A stretch of 61,549 nt of DNA, the filler included, from Sphacelaria rigidula (taxonomy: Eukaryota): NCBI GenBank assembly GCA_964200075.2. It is 10 parts of 10 records of this genome, joined end to end, with 100 filler letters (N's around TTAATTAATTAA, not from the genome) between each part and the next. Parts side by side here need not be neighbours in the genome. Positions count along the whole stretch, not along the records: positions 49,322 to 55,385 come from CAXNAA020022476.1; positions 55,486 to 61,549 come from CAXNAA020022477.1; 8 more parts are not named here. One strand, given 5' to 3'. A model generated the notes under the pieces. It was not told where the DNA came from and ran no database searches. It saw only the letters and a program-made list of their open reading frames with translations. A program made the translations under genes and the position numbers. Below, in pieces: positions 52,468-61,549 of the stretch. Position 1 is the stretch's first letter. Each line of letters opens with the position of its first letter.

Positions 52468-53900
52468 TAAGGACGAAATTTCAATACACAAAAACCAAAC
52501 GTGGGCCGGGTAGTGGCATGAGAAATAATGTTCCCAATTTCTACCGACCCGGTTTTTGAAAAGCGAATGCGCCGGCCAATATTGAGAGTTGGAGCGTCAA
52601 ATTTGGTATGGACATTGCGTAGGGCATAATTGTTTTTGGAAAAAAGCACCAGGATTTTTTTTCTTTCGTGAGTTAAGCCTTTGAGGACCGGACCCCCACT
52701 AATACAGAGTTGACCCTGTGTTAGTGGAATAATAAAAAACAAGTCTCCGAGCGCCCTGCCTAATCACGGTGAGGCGAAATTTATCGACCAGACCCGAACG
52801 ACCATGTTGTCGAGTGTGATGCCACTACAAAGATCGTGTGGGGGCCCTATCCCTGGCCCAGATAAGCCTCCTCAGGTTTCTAAGTGCAGGGTGGTCGCAG
52901 CTTGTTTTTTATGGTATGACTTGCACTTAGTATAGCGTTCCCGAGTTTTTCCGGAGTGTTTTTTGGGTCACAATTCCATACTGATGCGTAGTAATTTATA
53001 CTAACACAGGGTGGACCGGAAAAAACGGGAAGAAGTGTACATGCTACAATGTGATCATTTTCACGAGGCACTAAACCCAGGTGGGCCTTGGAAAGACAAA
53101 AAGAGCTACCGTCATTAATTCTGCTCATCCCTATGCCGATTACTTGCAGTGTTCACTTAACATGTACGGAGTATCTAGTAGGCGGGGATTTGAGAAGCGA
53201 TATATAGGCAGTTGATCTCGGTGGCTGAGAATTGCCCGAAACGTGCAAGGAGTATGCAACGGCAGCTGCTGCTGCAGTCGGGGAGGCGTACTGCACTGTA
53301 CTTGTACTGTACTACAGTATACTGTATGCATGCGCGCCGCAAAGCTGACTACCCTTCGAAGAGAATTTGCCGCATGGAACAAAGAGGGAAATGGCGGCGC
53401 ACCCCGACCACAAAGGGCTGTGTGTCAAGGTGATGAGGACAAAAGTATCATCCAAAGCCACAAGTGGCGGACGGTCCGCCGGTCGCCGTATCCTCTTGGA
53501 AGCTCTCCACCGTGACCCATACTGCTTGCTACATCAGATGTACACTACCTAATGCGCACCCTGCACCTGAACATAGATTGGATGAAACTTTCGGTCTTCG
53601 TCATAACCCTGCGATTACATACGCGGATTTTCACACGCTACTGTCTGTTTCGTGCAGACGCCAGACACGTCATTGCTAACCAGCCTCATTGGTCGTTCTG
53701 GAGGCCCGGTCCCAAAAGGGTTAAGGGCAAAAATCGGTTTTCAGGTATCAGTAAAACGCCCTTAAGTCACGAAAAAAAACTTTGGGTGCTTCTTTCCACT
53801 TTTTTTTATGCCCTATGCATTCATTGTCCATACCAAATTTGACGCTCCAACTCTAAATATTGGCCGGCGCATTCACCTGCAAACTTCCAATCCGCCTCTA
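52468..53900. mobile_element. Non-autonomous DNA-transposon derivative (hAT-like) occupying the RT position of the LINE
   Basis: Long subterminal inverted repeat (52566-52680 vs 53760-53875). Left end TAAGGACGAAA resembles the Ac/Ds TIR. 53450-53660 loosely resembles a hAT dimerization domain. Confidence 0.6.
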
Positions 53901-54289
53901 GGCTGGCCAAGCTCGTAGCTGCGACTGCATTGAGGCCACTGTGATGAAACGGACCCTGCAACACGCCGGCCACGTTGTGCGCATGCACGATGACCGCCCC
54001 CCCAACATACTTATGCGTGGAGTGATGGTTGGAAGGAAACCGAGCGTAGACCGACCCGCAAGGCACCTACAACATTGCACCACGAACCACTGCTCATACG
54101 AAGTACTTCGGAATAAACGCGACATCGTGGACGCAGGCTGCCCAAGATGTGTCCGAATGGTCTCGAGTTGTAGAGGAGGGGGCTAGTTTGTATATGACAG
54201 CTTGGACCAAAGCACGCCAAGCTCAGGAGTTATATGCTGTACTACCTCTAGAGTTCCCCCAGTGCCGACCGAGGACCTCAAAAAGTAAC

Positions 54290-54627
54290 CTCACACGCGG
54301 CCACGTGGCTACACCCCAAAATGCCTCCGGACGGATGCGCGGCCCTCCAGGGGGAAAACAAGCCCCCGGAAGCCTTCAGTCCCTCTGGAGGAAACCAAAC
54401 TCTACCGACCCGGAGGGTCGCGCACCCCTCCGGAGGAATTTGGGGATATGCGCGGCCCTCCAGAGGCAAAAATAAGCCTCCGGAGGCGTTTGATCCCTCT
54501 GGAGGAGACAAAAAAATACCCTCTGGAGGGCCGCGCAGCCCTCCGGAGGCGTTTAATTCCTCTGGAGGCTCAAAAAGTGCACCCACCTGAAGGAGTTCTG
54601 GAGGTAGCCAAATGGCCGCATGTGCTG
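54290..54627. mobile_element. MITE family D, complete-looking copy in the LINE 3' region
   Basis: Ends CTCACACGCGGCCACGTGGCTAC / GTAGCCAAATGGCCGCATGTG. Interior is built of many CCTCC/TCTGGAGG motifs. Confidence 0.8.
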
Positions 54628-55055
54628 TAGTCATTCGGGCAGTACACTCGCTGGTACACCTGCCGTCTTTCTCCGAACAGGTGTGGTAGTCGTCTATGAG
54701 GGTGCCTGGTATTGTGTTTTGTTTTTGAGTCGCACCCTAACATGGTGGCCATGCTAATCTCCTTGTGTCACCTGTCTTTTCCTGTTTTGTCCTTTATTAT
54801 ATTCTCTCTTCCTTTCTATAGGTGTACATTTTGGGCAGATCTGGCGTTTGTTGTTTGTTTGTTTGATTGTTTCTCTTTCCTTCTTTTCTCTCCCCGTTGA
54901 ACTCGGGGGAGCTATTTCTCACCGTTATTCGTGACGTCTCTCTTCTTATTTCTATTTCTGGCCACATGTCTTGTAAGGAATAGCAGGGACGTTATTGGAG
55001 AGGCGAGCCTACGTCTGTGATCACGGGTTCGCGCAGATCGGACTTATGCGCGGAA

Positions 55056-55129
<74 letters not shown>

Positions 55130-55624
55130 GATCGCTATGCTTCGCATCACACTCCCAATTTTCCTATTCTTTCTCACATTGGAATGGAATGGGAAAGGGA
55201 CAGAAGAGACAGACGCCCTCAATGAAGAAAAGCAAGAACGGCATACAAGCAGAAGAAGGGACGGAAAGTAAGGGCCATAGATTGACGATGACAATTCTTT
55301 CGCGCATCGCACCACGAAAATTGCAGACATTATCGTTCTAGTCCGAGTAACTTCCTTCCACGTGCGCAAGGGTGCGCAGGAAGGCNNNNNNNNNNNNNNN
55401 NNNNNNNNNNNNNNNNNNNNNNNNNNNNNTTAATTAATTAANNNNNNNNNNNNNNNNNNNNNNNNNNNNNNNNNNNNNNNNNNNNGGGGGAGACGAGTAA
55501 CTCAAGGTTACGGTGAGAAGAGACAACACTAGAGGTTCATGATGGCAGTCGATAGAGCGCTGGCAAGGGGAGTCGCCCTCCTCGGAGTGAAAGTGACGGG
55601 GATTGAACCCCCACGACTAACTTT

Positions 55625-55714
55625 TGTGACGGTTTAAGAGACTACCAACTAGACTACTGACCACTCAGCGCTGACTGGTCAGTAGTCTAGTTGGCAGTCT
55701 CTTAAACCGTCACA
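55625..55714. repeat. Hairpin with 39-bp arms overlapping a tRNA-like head
   Basis: TGTGACGGTTTAAGAGACTACCAACTAGACTACTGACCA and its inverse with 1 mismatch. The 12-nt loop contains the palindrome TCAGCGCTGA. Confidence 0.95.
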
Positions 55715-58141
55715 GATGCAATCAATTGCGTGAAACAAAAACGGTGCTACCCTTGTCTCTATTTGCTTGTTGTCTCCTTGTGTGAAATACACGAGAGCGA
55801 CTGTGGTCAGCCCGCGCTGCTGAGCTGAGTAAACAAACAATGTACACAAAGGTCGGAACCTGGAATCAATCATGGTGAACACCATTACACCCTTCTCAAG
55901 GTACCTCACCCTTATCACATCACATATGTGTAAGACAGATATAGAATGGATGAACGAAAAAAAGTTGAACGGACAAGTAAATTTTCGCACCATTCAGCAA
56001 ACAGGCAGGGGATCATCGTTTACAGGAAAATAGGCGAGAATGGAGGTTTAAAAGGTCAAGACCATGTATGTCCGAACAGGTATAGGGGTCGGAGTCCAAG
56101 CAGCGTAATCGGCTGTCCTCGACACGTGACACGCTAGCCAAATGCACACGCGTGAACCCGTCTTGCCCGGTCATTTGCCGTTCCCTTCGTTCTCCTCCCA
56201 CTCCGTCTTGTACGCTATCCTTTTGATGCTGGCAGACCTCTGCTATCCATGATATTTGTTATCTCGTTGCGATTGGAATTTTTCCAGCCACATCTCGCCC
56301 TCTGAAATCACGGAGGATGTATTGTACTGCTATGAATACCCCGGGGTTCGTTCAATCGGTCGTTACATTCATGTGGTACGTGCTCGCAGGTTTACGTTCC
56401 GAGTATCACATAGCCGACCCAAAATCGGCGAAACAAATGAGTAAGAATCCCTTAAACCCTCGAGCTCAATCCTCCTACCCGACGGGGTCAGCCCAACGAC
56501 CTCCTGTGCAAGTGCTTCCCTAGCAGCAAGGTGTCGCAGCTTTTCAACAGCAACAAACTGCCGCGCCTCCTCAGTAGCAGGTTGCCGCACTACCAAAGAA
56601 GCAGCAGATCCTTCATCAGCATCAGCAGCAGGGGCACCTTGTCCCCGGGCAACAAAACGTCCCGCCGTCTGTTCCTCCGCCTCCTCAGCAGGTGATGCCA
56701 GTCTCTAGGTCTCAGTGGGGCCCGCAGGCACATGTTGCCGGAAATTTCGTTAGTTCCCAGCTGCCGCCTCCGCTGCCGTTGCCCCCGCAGCGCCGCTCTA
56801 GGTATGTAAATGGTTTCACCTGACCCGGTCAGCCTCCACTATAACCCATTATACGGGTCGTTGAGTGCGTACGGTACAACCCCATCTGCTTAATCCAGGT
56901 TGAATGGGTTGGCACCGTATGGAGCCACGTACTCCCGCATTCCCGCACCTCCTGCCCAGCCGTTCGACCGTAACTGGTCTGCTATACTGAAACACCAGGA
57001 AGCGGTATCACGCATGGCTTCTAAACTAGCCAAACTCTTGGGAACTAAGGATGTGGATGCTTTAGTGTATAAGCCACGATCCGTAGACTGGACTGGAGAT
57101 TTTACTTACCGGAACTCCGCGGTCTTGTTCGTGAGCCATTATCGTACCACGTTAGCGGCGTACGAAGGGGGAAGTTGGCGGGTACCCACAAAGGCTCACT
57201 TGACTGACAAGCCGCTGAAACCGCAGGCGGACCAATACACCGACAGGTGTAGGGATTTACTCATGCGGGTTGTGTTACCCACCTTCGCCACCTATACCGA
57301 AATTACTAAGTGAAGGGGGGTTACTAGTGAGGTGCCCGGCGTATCGGGCAAAATAATGCGAGTACCATTCGAAGAGGTCACAGCCCTGGAATGGCTCAAA
57401 ACGTTGGTAGCCGAGGAGGCTAGGATGGGTACAGGCCGTGCGGGTACCGCTCTTAGAGACGTAAAGCTACTGAAGAATGAGAGCTACGTAGCGGCCGCTC
57501 ACCGCCTCGTACTGTTGATCACGGCAGCCACGATTTTTTCCATCCTTTTCGCAAGTTGCTGAAGAGGAATATTTCTGAAGGGGGACCTCGGAGACTATGG
57601 TCTTGCGTTAGTGCGGAAGCTTTCACCGATTGGTGATGCCTAACACGATAGCACAGTTAGTGACGAACACTCTGCTTCAGACTCCGAACAAAGCTTTGGA
57701 GGATGACATCCGCATGTTACCGGTAAACCATGATCTGGCCAGCTTCACGGTCAAGAGGAGAGGAAAAATCACTTATCGCATCTATAGCGACTTAGTATCG
57801 GCTCTTCAGCGCCACTGCGAGTGGGCCAACACTACGGACGAAGTTATGAATCACGCAGCTGCAGCGTTGACGCGCTCTACTAAGTCACGCAGCGCACCAA
57901 TATATGCGGGGTTGGTGGCCACTAAGGAGCGACTCCTGCGTGAAAAAGCGGAGGAGCAAGCCATCGCGGATAGGGTGGGCGCCGTCGCAGCCTTTAGTAA
58001 TCAGAAGGCATCGACGCCACGCGGTGGCACAACGTTCGGAGTTGAAGAGAAGCAGAGACAGGCTGATAAGCTTGCCGCTAGGAGACTTGTTTACCTTGAT
58101 CGACAACGTGCGCAACGATCGAGGATTTTTCCACAGCATGG

Positions 58142-58586
58142 AACACGGGATCTTACAAATTGGGGATGGATCTTTTATTGGGGATGAGAAACCCGGAGAA
58201 TTATATCTTCGTATCCACACCAACTGTTCGACACATGGTTGCATTTATTCACTTACTGATAGCTATTGACAACTGCTACACGCCATAGAAAATTTCGATT
58301 TCGATCACCGAAATTTTGAGGTCCTAGGTGAAAAACCAATTTCGGAACCATTTCGTCGTCCGTTCGGAGATCCAAAATTCCCCCAAATTGTTTTTTTCAC
58401 CTAGGACCCCAACATTTCGGTTATTGATATCCAAATTTGTATGACGTGTAGTAGTTGTCAAATTCTATGAGTAGATGAAGAAATGGAACCATATTTCGAA
58501 GATTTTGTGTGAATACGAATGTTGTATTTCTCCTGGTTTCTCATCCCCAATAAAAAATCTATCCCCAGTTTGTAAAATTGCGTGTT
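58142..58586. mobile_element. 445-bp fold-back MITE inserted in Gypsy gag
   Basis: ~200-bp imperfect inverted arms (AACACG...CGTGTT). ATGG is duplicated at 58138-58141 and 58587-58590. Removing it restores DRGFFHSMDSPESYCEEADAD. Confidence 0.9.
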
Positions 58587-60453
58587 ATGGACAGTCCGGA
58601 AAGTTATTGTGAGGAGGCGGACGCCGACGAACATGAATAATTCTGGAAGGAGAAAGGAGCCCAGAACGTTGATTGGCTCGGCAAGGGGGCCGACGCCGTG
58701 AACGAGGAATGAGGACGCGCCTTGAGGCCGCAGTCTCCAGAGGACCGCGTGAAAACAAATCATTCAGCCGGGGCGAGTAGGAACGATGCACAGTAGCTGT
58801 GGGTACAAGCTACTGTAGAGTTTAGCACCACAGTAAGAGTAGCCATGGCTTACCAGTAACGGTGTTACTGGACACCGGGGCAGGGGGGGGGAGCTATGCA
58901 TCGAAACAGTGGTGAAGATCGTTGGTAACATGGGGTAACATGACAAACAAGTTACAACGATAGGGAGCAGAATTCTTGAGGGCCGCGAACCCTAGTAACA
59001 GTGGGGCACCTCCGATGAAGATTCTAGGGTCAGTGGTGATTCCGATTCGTTTCCACCCAGAAGATGGAGTGAGGAAGGTATGGGTCAGAGTGGTCGATGG
59101 ATTACAGTACGGATTCATTTTGGGAGCAAGTTTCTTCAGGTGAAACGGGAGCACGTTATCTTTGAAGGGCGCTCGGGATTTCGGCCTTTGCCGGAGGTCC
59201 CGTGGGTAAGGTTTTGCGTCCAACGGTTCACCAAAACTCGGAGCTGTTGACACCGACCACGTCACCAGCCAAGGAGATTCGGCAGGGTGGGATCTCTTCT
59301 GTGCTGTCAAGCCAAGCGCGCCCAGTGACGACCCGACCGGGATGTTGTCTGGTGAGAGCGACCTGGCAGCATCGGATGGGGTATGGGAAAAGCCTTGGAG
59401 TGGCGTGGGAGGACGGCGCTACGCTTCAGTGGCTGCTGCATCTGACGGAGGACATGAGGTTAGAAGGTGTCGTCAGCGAGCTAGTCCCAGGCTACGTACG
59501 AGGGCCTCAACCGCAGGAGCGACACCTCGTGTTGATCGAACCTCGGAAGGCGTTCGATCGAGATGAGAAGGCAGAAGTAGAGGTAGCCAGAGGAGTGCAG
59601 TGGTGGGATCCACAGAAACAATTAGTATGTAAGGTGGTCAACATAGTCAAGAGTGCTCGCCTAGTGGGAAAGGGTATGGTAGTGGCAAAGGTCGTGGCCG
59701 TGATTGTTCGAGACCGCAAGCGGTTGCAGAGTCTGTACGTCTCCAACTCGGGCACAACGCTTAAGTCCAAGCTGGAAGATGAAGGGACTGCGTTGGCCCC
59801 TCCCCAACAGTTGTCGGGGACATCGGAAGTGAAGGAGAGACGTCGGAAGTGAAGGAGAGGGACACGACTGAGCCCACAGGAGTGGATCTTACGGAGGCGA
59901 ACATGGGCCAGCTGGGTCCAGCGCAGGAGGTTCAGCTGATATATTTGTTTAGCAACTTTAACGAAGCAGGTATTTTTGCGGTGGATCCTAAGCGAGTGAA
60001 GGCCGCCTGTGGAGAACCGTTGCGTCTACAGCCGAAAGACCCCAGGTGTCGGCCACTTACTGCCGGCACTAGACGGTACTCGCCAGAACAAGAGACGGCT
60101 ATTCAAGACGAGATCAAGAAGCTCGTGGAGCGGAGGATCATCGAGCTGCCGACGTCAGCATGGGCAGCTGCTTGCGTCACGGTGCGGAGGAAGGGCCATA
60201 GTTTACGGTTGTGTCAGGGTTATCGTGGACTGAGTGAACTTCTAGAGTCATACAGCGGCGGTTTGGGGGATATACAGACCATGTTTAGTGGGCTAGCAGG
60301 ATCCAAGTACTTTCCGAGTGTTGATTTAGCGAGTGGGTTTTTTCAGTCAGAGGTGGCAAAAGAGAACCGACTCCTCACAGCCTTTCGCGATTCGAAGGGG
60401 TACTAATGGCAATATCAACGTTGCGGATTCGAACTTAGTGTATTGCCAGCAAC

Positions 60454-60687
60454 GAGCAATGCTACGGCAGAGATACACTTTCTTTCGCGAAATATTGTCT
60501 AGTTCAGGAGCTCCTAACGATTCTAGATGCACAATAATATGGGTCAGGGCATCCCCGTTTGAAAATTCATGCGAGATATCCCCAGCATATTTACAATTTT
60601 TCATAAGTGGTGTTGTGCATGAGATCAAGGGCTCCTAACGATTCTAACCTCAGAAAATATTTGTGCACCCCTACCGTAGCACCACTC
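60454..60687. mobile_element. 234-bp MITE (family F) inserted in Gypsy RT
   Basis: Ends GAGCAATGCTACGG / CCGTAGCACCACTC, flanked by CAAC and CGAC. Removing it restores RT ...QRCGFELSVLPATFHRTV...WLDD. Confidence 0.85.
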
Positions 60688-61549
60688 CGACGTTTCATCG
60701 AACAGTATCCGTCGTGTTGTTACGGGCGAGGGGTGTCAAGAATTGGTTGGACGACATCTTGTGGTCTAGTGCGACATTCGCGAGTCACATGACGGGGTTG
60801 AGAGTCGTGCTGCATTGCTTGTTGACCACAGAACTCACTGTGAATTTCCTGAAATCACAGTGGTGCACCCAGCAACAAGACTTCGTGGGAATGGCGATCG
60901 ATGCTCCGGGGATACGGCCTTCGCAATCTAAGATCGAAGCCATCACTCATTTGAGAGAACCACAGAGGGTGGACGAGTCAAGATCGTTTCTGCGTCTGAC
61001 TGGATATCTTCGGCAATATGTAAGGGGGTACAGTAATATATCGCCGCCACTTACGGGTGTGTTGCGAGACAAGCGGTTCGCCACCAGGCGGGCGCAGGGG
61101 ATGACAATTCCGTGGGGGCCCCAGCAGCGACAAGCATTCGTGGACTTGAAGGGTGCTTTGATGTCGTATCCAATCTTGGTGTACCCGGATTGGGATGGGC
61201 AATTCGTGCTACACTCCGACGCCTCAGAGTACACGGCAGGGGCCGCCCTGGCTCAGGAGGCGGGCGAGAGGGAATGGATCATCGAGGACGCTATAGTCAT
61301 AGATGGTCTCGATCGAGCGGGTGAAGATAGGTCGGCAACAGAGAGAGATGTAGTTGCTGTTTCGTGGTCAGTAGAGCGACTGAGATCGTATCTATGGGGG
61401 TGAGAATTTACGCTGGTTACAAATTGTAGTGCGTTAATATGGCTGTTTCGCAGAGTCATCCTACGATAGGGGGGGGGGGGTATTTGGTTGCACGAAAAAA
61501 GAAGCTCATAAGTGTGCCAGACATCCTTTCACACTTGCGTTGCGCTTGT

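Larger units (their letters stand above)
50762..55128 (+). mobile_element. Degenerate RTE-clade LINE: APE endonuclease, linker, RT core missing, C-terminus, 3' UTR, (TAA)n tail
   Basis: APE motifs ATWNVRT, VALQETR, VGYAPTE, MDANARTG, NDNGRRLL, RLD*ILV, SDH (50930-51700). Pre-RT region RWKEWFDALLN...EVKQAVGKLANGK to 52470. C-terminus IEATVMKRTLQHAGHVVRMHDDRPP...RP (53929-54060). Tail (TAA)n at 55058-55128. Confidence 0.9.
56437..61452 (+). mobile_element. Degenerate Ty3/Gypsy gag-pol (Gag, protease, RT, RNase H; integrase absent or beyond the contig)
   Basis: P/Q-rich gag. Protease VLLDTG near 58862-58880. RT motifs SAWAA..V..RLCQGYRGL, YFPSVDLASGFFQ, TAF, NWLDDIL. RNase H FVLHSDAS...SATERDVVAVSWSVERLRSYLWG. 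Multiple stops and frameshifts. Confidence 0.92.

Overview
This window is not one locus. It is ten unrelated contigs of near-identical, descending length (6066, 6066, 6065 x5, 6064 x3 bp), each joined by an artificial 100-nt spacer (44 N + TTAATTAATTAA + 44 N, stops in all six frames), so nothing can be inferred across the spacers. The DNA is eukaryotic and repeat-rich. Short exons in long TE-filled GT-AG introns, CAGTA/CAGTG microsatellites and the retrotransposon types suggest a brown alga or other stramenopile (inference). Host genes appear only as partial exons: ORC5 (2 exons), an ABCC-type transporter first exon with a polyQ tract, a TVP38/TMEM64-like membrane protein (2 exons) and an exostosin/GT47 glycosyltransferase exon. 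The rest is degraded transposons: an RTE-clade LINE whose RT core is replaced by a hAT-like insert, a Gypsy gag-pol with two nested MITEs, a chromodomain-bearing Gypsy 3' end, two Copia remnants, several MITE families with readable TIRs/TSDs, tRNA-derived SINE-like repeats and fold-back hairpins. I found no intact, convincing novel multi-gene system. The best leads are small non-autonomous element families and a few odd rearrangements.
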